Source of the DNA: Omnitrophica bacterium GWA2_41_15
GTDB taxonomy: Bacteria > Omnitrophota > Gorgyraeia > Gygaellales > UBA12090
NCBI GenBank assembly: GCA_919902675.1
Contig: CAKKRH010000009.1
Span: 21,035-85,034, forward strand
Length of the DNA: 64,000 bases
Reading direction: 5' to 3'
The translations under genes and the position numbers were made by a program. This document shows, piece by piece, positions 8,415 through 17,545 of the stretch. Under the pieces are notes generated by a model that was given only the letters and a program-made list of their open reading frames with translations, did not search any database and was not told the origin of the DNA. Each line of letters begins with the position of its first letter. The stretch's first letter is position 1.

Positions 8415-9969
8415 AAATATATTTTTCGGTTTTCGCGTCCTTCCAGGAATCAGCAGGCAAGCCTGCCTTATGGACGCATAAATTAGAAAGAAATTCCTCC
8501 CTGCTCCAGCCGGTCTCGTGAGCCACCTGCGGCAAAAATACCCCCTGGCTCCACCCCCGCTTGATCAGCAAGCCGTGCGTGCCTAACTGAAACTCAAGCG
8601 CATCCTCAATCTTTTTTAAAGGCGAAAGGACTGAAATTTCAATCTCAATATCCTTAAGCTCCTGCTTAGTTACCGGCTCAAAGCGGGGATCTCCGGTTGC
8701 CGACTCTATGGCCATATCCCGGATGGTTTCAAAAAGAGGCTTCTGGCTGATAATATTACCGATACAGCCTTTTAACTTACCTTGCTTATGGATAGTTACA
8801 AAGGCGCCGTTAATAGCATTTAGCTGAGGATCATCTTCGCTAAAATCCAACCTCTTCCCGCTGGTTACATATTCCTGGATGGTCTTACGGGCAATTTCCA
8901 ACAATCGCGCCTTCTGCTTATCGTTCAACATAGCCGTTTCTCCTGTTTTATCCTTGCCGATAAAAGCCGATAAATATCCCACTGTCCAGAGCCCTTCTAT
9001 TTTTTTACCGCTAACTTGCGCTGAATTTGTATGCCCCAAAAAATTTATTTGATTATAGCCTAAATTTTGGGCAATGAGCATCGCCGTAACCACCGGCAAT
9101 CCCCCGCACATCTGAATTGAGCCGTCTTTTAACTTCGCGTAAGTATCCCGGGCGGACATATTTTCCAGATAAGATAAGGTCAGTTTATCTATTTTTTCGG
9201 TCTCCCGGTAATCGTGGCTATGGCAAAGGTCGGTAGAGGCAATCACTAAAACATCGGAAGTCTCGCTGATTGCCTTGCTTAATTTATCCGCCAAATAACT
9301 TAAATCCTGAAAATCCGCGTCTCCAATCAAAATGGGAACTATCTTAAAATCATCCAGTGTCTTTTGTAAAAAAGGAAGCTGGACCTCAACGGAATGTTCT
9401 TTTTCAAAAGCCTGAGGGATAAAGCTGATGGTTCGACTATGCTCACCATCAGTCCTGAGTGAAGTCGAAGGGCTGATATTCTGGGAAGGAGCGATTATTT
9501 TTTCTGTAAAATCAGAGTCTACTTCTATGTCTCCCAATGGGGTCTGAAACTTCCCCACCGGTGACACTGAGACTCCCTTAAAATAATACTGGTGGCTGGG
9601 CCCCAAAATCACTACGGTCTTATAATGGCGGCCTTCAATCAATTTGTAGCCTAAGGCGGCGGTAGGGCCGGAAAAATCATAGCCGGCATGGGGAGAAATC
9701 AGGACGGATATCTCACCTTTAAAATATTCCGGATTAACCGCCTTGAGCAGATTTTCAACTTTAAGATTAAGCTCATCCTTACCAGCGGGATAAAACTGCC
9801 CGGCCACATTCGGCTTCTTTATCTCATCGCCAAAGACTGGGCCGTTAAAGTCAAAAAGCGCGCCCCCAAGAAAGAAAATTGCCACTGTCGCTATTCTGAG
9901 CGGGGGTGGCAAGGCATTAAGCCCAGATACCGACGATTTTCTCCTGACAAAACCTGCAATGTCCATCAA
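8380..9969 (-). CDS. AmmeMemoRadiSam system protein B (Memo-like) fused to protein A (AMMECR1 domain), with an N-terminal hydrophobic anchor
   Basis: 529 aa. Memo-type ISPHAGYDFSGPTAA and EHSVEVQLPFLQ. AMMECR1-type GAFVTIHKQGKLKGCIGNI. Sits next to the radical SAM partner. The start is uncertain because it overlaps the upstream gene by 53 nt. Confidence 0.8.
   Translation of the reverse strand: MMDIAGFVRRKSSVSGLNALPPPLRIATVAIFFLGGALFDFNGPVFGDEIKKPNVAGQFYPAGKDELNLKVENLLKAVNPEYFKGEISVLISPHAGYDFSGPTAALGYKLIEGRHYKTVVILGPSHQYYFKGVSVSPVGKFQTPLGDIEVDSDFTEKIIAPSQNISPSTSLRTDGEHSRTISFIPQAFEKEHSVEVQLPFLQKTLDDFKIVPILIGDADFQDLSYLADKLSKAISETSDVLVIASTDLCHSHDYRETEKIDKLTLSYLENMSARDTYAKLKDGSIQMCGGLPVVTAMLIAQNLGYNQINFLGHTNSAQVSGKKIEGLWTVGYLSAFIGKDKTGETAMLNDKQKARLLEIARKTIQEYVTSGKRLDFSEDDPQLNAINGAFVTIHKQGKLKGCIGNIISQKPLFETIRDMAIESATGDPRFEPVTKQELKDIEIEISVLSPLKKIEDALEFQLGTHGLLIKRGWSQGVFLPQVAHETGWSREEFLSNLCVHKAGLPADSWKDAKTEKYIFSAFVFSEKKH
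9425..9476. repeat. Second copy of the 48-bp hairpin element plus CTGA, in frame in the Memo domain
   Basis: Same sequence as 5805..5856 with one substitution in the first 46 bases. It is read in a different frame here (SLRTDGEHSRTIS). Confidence 0.85.
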
Positions 9970-11032
9970 TTAGATTATTCACGGTAACGCTGTAACCAAC
10001 CCTGGATAGTAAAGCCTGGTAACATTTTGGGCAAAAGGTGGTCTCGCCCTGATGTCCGGGGACATTCCCGATATAGGCGTATTTAAGGCCGGCCTTCTTA
10101 GCCAAGCCTTTAGCTTTCTCTAAAGTTGCTGCCGGAGTCGGGGCCAAATTCTCAAGCTTATACATCGGCCAAAACCGGGAAAAATGCAACGGCGTGTCCG
10201 GGCCCAAATTATCCCTTATCCACACACACATCTCCTCTATCTCTTCCTGAGAATCGTTTAGCCCGGGTAAAACCAGATTGGTCAGCTCTAAGTGCACCTT
10301 TTCTTCTTTAATTATCTTTAAGGTCCGGAGGATATTCTCTAGATTTCCAAAACAAATATCTTCATAGTATTTCTGGCGGAAGGCCTTTAAGTCAATGTTG
10401 GCCGCGTCCAAATATTTACAGAGATCGCGCAGAGGCTCTTCATTGATGAAGCCGGCAGAATGCATTATATTCTTAAGGCCGCTTGAGCGGGCCAGGACCG
10501 CGGTATCCAGCATATACTCATAAAAAATAGTCGGCTCGGTATAGGTATAGGCCACAGTCCGGGAGCCGGACTCTTTAGCCTGCCTGACTATCTCTTGCGG
10601 GCTAAGAGAAACCGGCTGAACATCCTCGGGCCTGCTTTGAGAAATCTCCCAATTCTGGCAGAATTTGCACCTCAGGTTGCATCCGGCGGTGGCGATGGAG
10701 AAGGCGGATGTCGCGGGAAGAAAATGAAAAAGCGGCTTTTTCTCCATCGGGTCAACATGCACTGCCGCCGCCTGAGAGTGCACCAGGGTATACAAAATCC
10801 CCTGGTTATTTTCCCTCACCCCGCAAAAACCTCTTTGCTTATCAGTTATCAGACACTTGCGCGGACAAAGCCGGCACTGCAGAGATTTCTCGTCGATGGG
10901 CTTCCAGTATAAAGCCTTACTTTTATCTGATGAGGCCCAAGCCGATGAAATCTTATCCGCGCCTAAGCCCAAAAGGCTCATTCCCCCACTTACAGCAATC
11001 GCCTGTTTTAAAAAATCTTTTCTGGTCATCAT
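9917..11032 (-). CDS. amrS: AmmeMemoRadiSam system radical SAM enzyme with a Tat-like signal
   Basis: 371 aa. CNLRCKFCQNWEISQ radical SAM cluster motif. The N-terminus MMTRKDFLKQAIAVSGGMSLLGLGA..AWA resembles a twin-arginine signal (RK variant). Confidence 0.8.
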   Translation of the reverse strand: MMTRKDFLKQAIAVSGGMSLLGLGADKISSAWASSDKSKALYWKPIDEKSLQCRLCPRKCLITDKQRGFCGVRENNQGILYTLVHSQAAAVHVDPMEKKPLFHFLPATSAFSIATAGCNLRCKFCQNWEISQSRPEDVQPVSLSPQEIVRQAKESGSRTVAYTYTEPTIFYEYMLDTAVLARSSGLKNIMHSAGFINEEPLRDLCKYLDAANIDLKAFRQKYYEDICFGNLENILRTLKIIKEEKVHLELTNLVLPGLNDSQEEIEEMCVWIRDNLGPDTPLHFSRFWPMYKLENLAPTPAATLEKAKGLAKKAGLKYAYIGNVPGHQGETTFCPKCYQALLSRVGYSVTVNNLIDGHCRFCQEKIVGIWA

Positions 11033-11040
11033 GTAGTTTT

Positions 11041-11092
11041 GGGGTCAGACCTCAATAATAGAAACTAACTTCTAAGGTTGAGGTCTGACCCC
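11041..11092. repeat. 15-bp perfect inverted repeat hairpin (GGGGTCAGACCTCAA / TTGAGGTCTGACCCC)
   Basis: Read directly. It lies between the pilin stop (11100) and the amrS start (11032). The loop contains AGAAGTT-family heptamers. There is no clear U-tract. Confidence 0.6.
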
Positions 11093-11099
11093 TACTTTC

Positions 11100-11516
11100 C
11101 TACCAGGGATATTCCGCGATTGTTCCATTGGAGATAGTCATATTAATATACTTATTACTGTGTCTCCCGCGTCCGCGCTTGGCAGTTGCCGTGCCGCTGG
11201 CTCCGGTTACCCCATACTCCCAGTCAATATTATTATGAACATCCACATTCAAAGTCGACCTTGAGTCATTACCGGCAGAGTCCGACCCGAAAGTGGCATC
11301 AATATATTCATTATTATCAATCTTATATATCAACTCAGCACTGCGGAGGGTTTCTAAGACAGACTTGGCCTCTTTCTTGTGCATTTCGTCAATTGTTTTA
11401 TTGTAAACAGGCATAGCAATAGCCGTTAATATGGCTACAATAATCAAAGTTACCATAATCTCCATTATGGTAAACCCCGCCGCGGATATGCCATTCTGGA
11501 TTCTTGGTTTATTCAT
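11100..11516 (-). CDS. Type IV pilin-like protein (prepilin N-terminal cleavage/methylation domain)
   Basis: 138 aa. G|FTIMEIMVTLIIVAIL class III signal. Confidence 0.8.
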   Translation of the reverse strand: MNKPRIQNGISAAGFTIMEIMVTLIIVAILTAIAMPVYNKTIDEMHKKEAKSVLETLRSAELIYKIDNNEYIDATFGSDSAGNDSRSTLNVDVHNNIDWEYGVTGASGTATAKRGRGRHSNKYINMTISNGTIAEYPW

Positions 11517-11546
11517 CGTGGGTAAGGTTTAAGGGAAGGAAACAGC

Positions 11547-11622
11547 TGGTGGACCCGAGCGGAGTCGAACCGCTGACCTCTACAATGCGAATGTAGCGTT
11601 CTCCCAGCTGAACTACGGGCCC
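11547..11622 (-). tRNA. tRNA-Ala (anticodon CGC), CCA encoded
   Basis: Folded by hand. Acceptor GGGCCCG/CGGGTCC with G3:U70, D arm GTTC..GAAC, anticodon stem CTACA/TGTAG with loop TTCGCAT, T arm AGCGG-TTCGACT-CCGCT, then ACCA. Confidence 0.9.
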
Positions 11623-11657
11623 GCGGGAAAAAAGTCTAAGGATAAAGCCTAAAGCGA

Positions 11658-12062
11658 CTAAAAACAATCAGGAACGCTAATTGTACCGTTATTAGTAATA
11701 TTTATAGTATAGTTTTTCTTAGCAGCAACACAGGGATTTTTAACGCCTGTTCTTGTAGCGTTAGCTACAACGCCGGTAGCAGACCCAGGATTAAGTGGCA
11801 TATAGTTAAAATATGTACCGGTGGATGTGTTATCGATATCTAAATTATCAAAGTTAGTGGTATAATTAGCGTTTTCTAAATAATAGCGCACTTGGGCGCC
11901 TTTGATAGCGGCCAAGTTAGCCATGGCCTCGCTCTGGCGGGCACGCTCCACGGTTTTGATATACTGAGGCAGGGCCAGGGCGGCCAATATGCCGATAATC
12001 ACCACTACTACCACCAGCTCAACTATTGTGAATCCGGATCTTATTCTCATCTTCCTCCTCAT
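11658..12062 (-). CDS. Type IV pilin (candidate major pilin)
   Basis: 134 aa. SG|FTIVELVVVVVIIGILAALALPQY. The C-terminal half has six N-x-S/T sequons and a terminal Cys pair. Confidence 0.85.
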   Translation of the reverse strand: MRRKMRIRSGFTIVELVVVVVIIGILAALALPQYIKTVERARQSEAMANLAAIKGAQVRYYLENANYTTNFDNLDIDNTSTGTYFNYMPLNPGSATGVVANATRTGVKNPCVAAKKNYTINITNNGTISVPDCF

Positions 12063-12085
12063 AATTATAGACTCTAACCCATAGA

Positions 12086-12490
12086 TTATTGGCTGTCGAG
12101 CCCGATTTTCTTAATTATCTCGTCTTTGGAAGCAGAGGAGCGGCCGGGCTTATTCCTAGAGGCAATCAGTTCGCAGTTGCCGTCATCAATTAACTTTATG
12201 CGATAACTCCAGCCGGAGTTTGAGTTTTTCTTACCCAAAGCCTCTTTTAACCCCGGGGCCTCAACAGCCAACTCATCAATAGTAGAGGCGTATTTGCCGT
12301 ATATGCCGCGATAGATTGCCTGAATCTGTTTCAAGTAAGACAGATTGGTTTCAACCTTGGTCAACTCGGTTTTATCCATCAGCTTAAAGTAATGCGGCAT
12401 AGCCAGAAACCACAAGATCACAATCAGCACCGCCAAAACCGTTAGCTGTAACGACCTCTGGCCTTTATCTTGGGAGCTATCTTGAGACAT
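12086..12490 (-). CDS. Pilin-like membrane-anchored protein lacking a canonical G/FTxxE cleavage motif
   Basis: 134 aa. Has an N-terminal hydrophobic helix (LTVLAVLIVILWFLAMPHY) followed by a pilin-like helix. No prepilin peptidase site was recognised. Confidence 0.5.
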   Translation of the reverse strand: MSQDSSQDKGQRSLQLTVLAVLIVILWFLAMPHYFKLMDKTELTKVETNLSYLKQIQAIYRGIYGKYASTIDELAVEAPGLKEALGKKNSNSGWSYRIKLIDDGNCELIASRNKPGRSSASKDEIIKKIGLDSQ

Positions 12491-12518
12491 AAAAGCTTAG
12501 TTAAGCACTGCCAAATGC

Positions 12519-12962
12519 TTACCACGGAGTAGTATTAGCATAACTTAAGTTTCCTTCAGTTGTGATATTCATATAAGAATTGGTGTAAACCCCTTTCCTC
12601 CTCATAGCGCTTGCGGTAAAGTTTGCACATACACCAGTACAAGCTGTAGCAAACAACCACTCCGAATTAGAAGACAGTCTGGCTATTTCAGGAACCTCAG
12701 CTTCTAAATCTGACATAGTATTAGTATAATTCGAATAAAGAGTAAAATAAGTAGCCTGAGCCTTTCGAATCATATTCAAGGCGTTTTTGGCTGTAGAACC
12801 GTGGCCTCTTTCCATAAACCTGGTGTATTGGGGTAAAGCCAAAGCTGCCATAATGGCGATAATGATAACTACGGTGATTAACTCAATTAAGGTAAAACCT
12901 TTCTTCATTTTATTTCCTTTCTTCATTTTATTTCCTTTCTTCATTTGACCATCTCCTTTCAT
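12519..12962 (-). CDS. Type IV pilin; the leader region contains an 18-bp tandem duplication
   Basis: KKG|FTLIELITVVIIIAIMAALALPQY. The upstream reading frame repeats MKKGNK twice. The functional start is likely the third ATG at 12908. Confidence 0.8.
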   Translation of the reverse strand: MKGDGQMKKGNKMKKGNKMKKGFTLIELITVVIIIAIMAALALPQYTRFMERGHGSTAKNALNMIRKAQATYFTLYSNYTNTMSDLEAEVPEIARLSSNSEWLFATACTGVCANFTASAMRRKGVYTNSYMNITTEGNLSYANTTPW

Positions 12963-12966
12963 GTAA

Positions 12967-14205
12967 CTAATTAGCGCCTATGGTGGCTAATTTGAATATC
13001 GGCAGAAACATTGACACTACCATTGAACCTATAGTAGCACCCATCACTACTATCATAATCGGCTCAAACATTGAGGCGAAACGGGTAATCTGGGTCTCCA
13101 TAATCTCGGCGTAATAAGCGGCGATTTTCTTAAACATCTTATCCAGGTCGCCTACCTCCTCTCCGATATTGATCATCTGGGTAACCATGGGCGGAAAAAA
13201 CGCGCTTTCATCCAGCGGCTGGGTCAGTGTCCTGCCCTCGCGCACCGCGTTCTTAACCGAGCGGATAATCTTGGCTACAATCACCGTTCCGGCTGACTTC
13301 TCGGCAATCTCCAGGGCATAAAGTATGGGCACCCCGGACTCCAAGAGGGTGGCCATAGTGGAGGAAAACCTCTCGGTCTCAGCCAGGCGCAGATATTCCT
13401 TAATCACCGGGAATTTAAACATCAGATTATCAAAGAACGCCTTGCCGCGGACAGTCTGGCGGAATTTTACTATCGCGATGATTATAGCAACAATAATAAC
13501 CGAAAGCAATAAAAAATTACCCCTTAGAAAATCGCTGGTGGCAATCAACAGCTTGGTGGGCACGGGAAGTTCAATGTCAAAATTGGAGAAAATCTCGGTA
13601 AACTTAGGGATTACCGCCAGGATAAAAATTACTACCGAGATCATTGCCACGGCAACTAAGATTATAGGATAGACCATAGCCGAGACAATCTTCCTCTGAA
13701 AGGCGGCCCGCCTTTCCAGATAACCAGCCAGCCTTTCCAGTATTGTCGGCAGATTACCGGAAGCCTCCCCGGTTTCAATAAGATTAATCCAAAGGTTAGA
13801 GAAAACCCGGGAATGTTTGGCTAAGGAATCGCGGAAGCTGAAACCCGATTCCACATCATAGCTTATTTTGGTTACCACATCGTGGAATTTCCGGGAAGGT
13901 ATCTGGCGCAGGATTGAGCCCAAACTCTTTAAAAGCGGCACGCCTGAATCTAAGGATATGGCTAATTGGCGGGCAAAGACCGTAAGGTCGTCGGCCTTTA
14001 TCCCGTTGTGGGAGAATTTGCAGGCTTTGGCTTTTTGCGGGGCATGAGAAACACTTTTGGCCGGGATATCAGCCTGAGACTTAATACTCGTAACAAATAA
14101 TCCCCGTAACTGCAGCCGGGCAATTAGGTCGTCGGCGGTTTCCGCTTCTTCGCTTGAGGCTATACGCTCTCCGCTAGAGTTGCGGGCGCTATAAATAAAT
14201 CGCAT
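12967..14205 (-). CDS. pilC: Type IV pilus platform protein PilC (GspF family)
   Basis: 412 aa. Two T2SSF repeats and three TM segments. Adjacent to pilB. Confidence 0.9.
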   Translation of the reverse strand: MRFIYSARNSSGERIASSEEAETADDLIARLQLRGLFVTSIKSQADIPAKSVSHAPQKAKACKFSHNGIKADDLTVFARQLAISLDSGVPLLKSLGSILRQIPSRKFHDVVTKISYDVESGFSFRDSLAKHSRVFSNLWINLIETGEASGNLPTILERLAGYLERRAAFQRKIVSAMVYPIILVAVAMISVVIFILAVIPKFTEIFSNFDIELPVPTKLLIATSDFLRGNFLLLSVIIVAIIIAIVKFRQTVRGKAFFDNLMFKFPVIKEYLRLAETERFSSTMATLLESGVPILYALEIAEKSAGTVIVAKIIRSVKNAVREGRTLTQPLDESAFFPPMVTQMINIGEEVGDLDKMFKKIAAYYAEIMETQITRFASMFEPIMIVVMGATIGSMVVSMFLPIFKLATIGAN

Positions 14206-14312
14206 ATTTTTACCCCGTTAGAAAGCCCCGCCGTTTATGGCATAAATGAAAGATATAAGATTATTCATAATAGAAATGGCAGAGTCAAGGCCCCCGTTCT
14301 TGCTAACGGGGC

Positions 14313-16031
14313 TTATTCTATTCCCGTGGTTACCGAAAGAATTTCTTCCAGCGAGGTAAAGCCGCTTTCAACTTTTTTTATTCCACTCTGTAAAATTGAC
14401 TCCATTCCCTCGTCAATGGCGGCCTTGCGTAATTCTTTGCTAGTAACGCGCTTTCCAATCAACTCACGAATAGTGCTGTTTATAGTCATTACCTCGGCAA
14501 CCAGCATCCTGCCCCGGTAGCCGATTTGATTACAACTGGCACAGCCTTTAGGCCGGTAGATCAATTCCGCCTGAAGATTAAAATTGCTTATATGTTCCTT
14601 GGTCGGCTCATAAGCCTCTTTGCAATCCGGGCAAAGTTTACGCACTAAGCGCTGGGCAACCACTACCAAAAGCGAAGGCATCAAAAGATATGACTCTATA
14701 CCTATATCCATAAGCCGGGTAATTGCCGAAGGAGCGTCGTTGGTATGTAAAGTAGAAAGCACCAGATGTCCGGTAAGCGCGGAACGAATACAGATATCGG
14801 CTGTTTCCATATCCCGGACCTCGCCCACCAGCATTATATCCGGGTCCTGCCTTAAAAATGAGCGCAGGGCGGCGGCAAAGGTAAGGCCTATTTCCGCTTT
14901 TACCTGCACCTGGTTAATCCCGTCTAAACGGTATTCCACCGGGTCTTCAACGGTAATAATATTCTTGGTGGGGTCCTTAATCTCATTCAGGGCCGCGTAT
15001 AAAGTAGTAGTCTTTCCGCTTCCGGTGGGCCCGGTAAGAAATACCAGGCCGTAAGGGGAATTAATTCCCTTACGGAAGGCCTCTAACTGTTTAGATTCAA
15101 AACCCATACCAACAAGATCAACATCCACCCGCGAACGGTCAAGTATTCTCATAACCACCTTCTCGCCGTAAATAAGCGGAATAATGGAAACACGCAGGTC
15201 TATTGACCGGTCTCCCATATTAACCCGGAAGGCCCCGTCCTGGGGAAGGCGCTTTTCAGCTATGTCCAGCTTGGATAGAATCTTGATCCTGGAAACAATG
15301 GCCACATGCAAATGCCTGGCCGGAGGAGGAATATCATAAAGCCTGCCGTCAATACGGTAACGCAGGCGAATCTTGTCCCGGTAAGGCTCGATATGAATAT
15401 CCGATGCCCTTTCGTCTATGGACTGGCGGATAATCAAATCTACCAGCTTTACCACCGGAGCGTCCTCGGCGCTGGCAATCAGCCGGTCAATGCTTAGCAT
15501 CGAATCAGTGCCGGCGGAGCCGGAATCCGCTCCCATATCATCTAAAGAATAAGAGTGCTTGACTGCCTCCTGAAGCAAGTTAGACTTGCCATAGAAATAA
15601 TCCGCCACCTGCAGGATATCGGTCCTGGTGGCGATAACCGGATTAATATCACAGCCGGTCATCTTCTTAAGGTTATCCATCAGGGTAAGATCCAGAGGGT
15701 CGGATAGGGCGCAGGTAAGGGAATTTAAATTTCGGGAAAGAGGCAAGACGATATTCTTCAAGGCGAAATCCATCGGGATAAGCTTATCTAATTCCTGGTT
15801 AAGTGCCGGCTTAAGCAGATTGGACTTTAAGGAGGCATAGGGTATATTTAACTGCATGGCCAACAGGCTGACAATATCCGCCTCACTAACCATGCCCAGC
15901 CTGGCCAGCACCTCTCCGAGGCGGCCGCCGTCTTTTTTCTGGACAAGAATAGCCTGCTCCAGCTGATCCACGGTAATCAGGCGCTCTTTTAAAAGCATCT
16001 CGCCAAGTTTAAGATAGGCAGAATAAGACAT
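14313..16031 (-). CDS. pilB: Type IV pilus assembly ATPase PilB (GspE family) with an N-terminal MshEN-type domain
   Basis: 572 aa. Walker A GPTGSGKTTT, a tetracysteine motif (CPDC..CASC), and two tandem RLGxxLLxxGxIxxxxLxxxLxxQ-like motifs at the N-terminus. Confidence 0.9.
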   Translation of the reverse strand: MSYSAYLKLGEMLLKERLITVDQLEQAILVQKKDGGRLGEVLARLGMVSEADIVSLLAMQLNIPYASLKSNLLKPALNQELDKLIPMDFALKNIVLPLSRNLNSLTCALSDPLDLTLMDNLKKMTGCDINPVIATRTDILQVADYFYGKSNLLQEAVKHSYSLDDMGADSGSAGTDSMLSIDRLIASAEDAPVVKLVDLIIRQSIDERASDIHIEPYRDKIRLRYRIDGRLYDIPPPARHLHVAIVSRIKILSKLDIAEKRLPQDGAFRVNMGDRSIDLRVSIIPLIYGEKVVMRILDRSRVDVDLVGMGFESKQLEAFRKGINSPYGLVFLTGPTGSGKTTTLYAALNEIKDPTKNIITVEDPVEYRLDGINQVQVKAEIGLTFAAALRSFLRQDPDIMLVGEVRDMETADICIRSALTGHLVLSTLHTNDAPSAITRLMDIGIESYLLMPSLLVVVAQRLVRKLCPDCKEAYEPTKEHISNFNLQAELIYRPKGCASCNQIGYRGRMLVAEVMTINSTIRELIGKRVTSKELRKAAIDEGMESILQSGIKKVESGFTSLEEILSVTTGIE

Positions 16032-16087
16032 TCATCCTCGCTTCGCTCGGACAGCTAACAATTAACAAAAGACAGCTAACAGTAAAA

Positions 16088-17545
16088 TTATTTTTTGACT
16101 TCATATCCCCGTAAGACCTGAGTTACTATTTCCTTGCGCTTAATATCCACAAAATGGTCCTGCTCGCGTTCACCGATTATCTTCGGAATGATGTTATTTT
16201 TAACCGCTCCGGCAGAAAGCAAAGGCTGGTTTCTGATAATCCGCGGAGTAATAAAAACCAGTATCTCCCGGTCTTTGCGCGGCCCGTCTTCTTTATGGCG
16301 GAAAAACATTCCTAAAACCGGTATCTCACTAAAAAAAGGAACATTGGTCCTGGTAAGAGTGGACTTCTTGCGGATCAGACCGCCCAGGATTACCGTCTGA
16401 CCGTCCTTAATCCTGATGGTAGACTTAAAACTGCGCTCCTCAACATCCTTGGTAGTCTGAGTGCCGATGGTTAAACCGCTTACCGCCTCTTTTACCGTAG
16501 GCTCCAGGGTCATAGTTACCTCACCGGTAGCCATGCTTATCTGAGGAGTAACCTTAAGGCTTACTCCGGTCTCGGCCCTTTCCGCGGCAGTAGTGGTAGT
16601 GGCAGTGCTTCCGGAATCGGAGGTAATGGTTTCCGAACCAATAGCCTCATCAGCGCTGAGTTTTAGTTCGGCGGTCTCGTTATTTAGGACAAATATCTTG
16701 GGCCGGGCCAGGAATTTTGTGTTTGTGCGAGTCTGCAGAAAATCCAGGGCCACGGTTAAGTTACTCATATCCCAGGCAGCCCGGGTAGAACCGGTATCAC
16801 CAAGCAAGCCCTTAGCCAGGGTAGCCCCGGAAAAAGGGTATACCGCGCTAAAATTCGGCCCGGAATACTTCAGCCAGTCGGTCCCGGAGAATTTCAACCC
16901 CAATTTATCCACATCCGACTTATCCACATCCAATATTTCCACTTCAATCATTACCTGGGCAACCGGAATATCCAGACTATCAATCACCTTCTCGATAACC
17001 GGAAATTTACTAGGCATATCAGTAATAATAATGCTGTTGGTGGCCGGGTCCTCGATAATCTTGCCAAGGGTGCTAATTACGCTGCCTAAGGCATCCCTCA
17101 TCCCGGCGGAGGCCGTGCCGATTCTGGAATTGGTTACCGCTATATGTTTAAGAAAATAGACCCGGGTATCAGATTCCAATCCGGGCTGCCCCCAATCCTT
17201 AATAATGAAAATATTGCCTTCTTCATCCAATTCATAGGTAAGGTTGTTCACGGAGAATATATTATCCATGGCCGATTTCAACATCACATTGTCCAGAAAC
17301 AAGGTGATTCTGCGGTCGGCAACCGCCTCCGAAGAGATAAAATTCAGCCCCGACTGCACCGAAAGCATCTTTAAAACATCCCTCAATGAGGCATCTTTCA
17401 AGTCCAGGGTTATCTTAACATTCCCCTTATCGCCAAAAATCTCTTCAGGCGCGTCAGCGGCAGAAAGATGATCTCCCGCCCATCTCGGCGTCAAGGTTAT
17501 AGCAATAAGAAAAACCAAAACCCTCATTCGGATTTTATTTATCAT
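16088..17545 (-). CDS. pilQ: Secretin PilQ/GspD family
   Basis: 485 aa. Signal peptide, secretin N-domains, and a C-terminal secretin core (VILGGLI..VPFFSEIPVLGMFFR). Confidence 0.85.
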   Translation of the reverse strand: MINKIRMRVLVFLIAITLTPRWAGDHLSAADAPEEIFGDKGNVKITLDLKDASLRDVLKMLSVQSGLNFISSEAVADRRITLFLDNVMLKSAMDNIFSVNNLTYELDEEGNIFIIKDWGQPGLESDTRVYFLKHIAVTNSRIGTASAGMRDALGSVISTLGKIIEDPATNSIIITDMPSKFPVIEKVIDSLDIPVAQVMIEVEILDVDKSDVDKLGLKFSGTDWLKYSGPNFSAVYPFSGATLAKGLLGDTGSTRAAWDMSNLTVALDFLQTRTNTKFLARPKIFVLNNETAELKLSADEAIGSETITSDSGSTATTTTAAERAETGVSLKVTPQISMATGEVTMTLEPTVKEAVSGLTIGTQTTKDVEERSFKSTIRIKDGQTVILGGLIRKKSTLTRTNVPFFSEIPVLGMFFRHKEDGPRKDREILVFITPRIIRNQPLLSAGAVKNNIIPKIIGEREQDHFVDIKRKEIVTQVLRGYEVKK

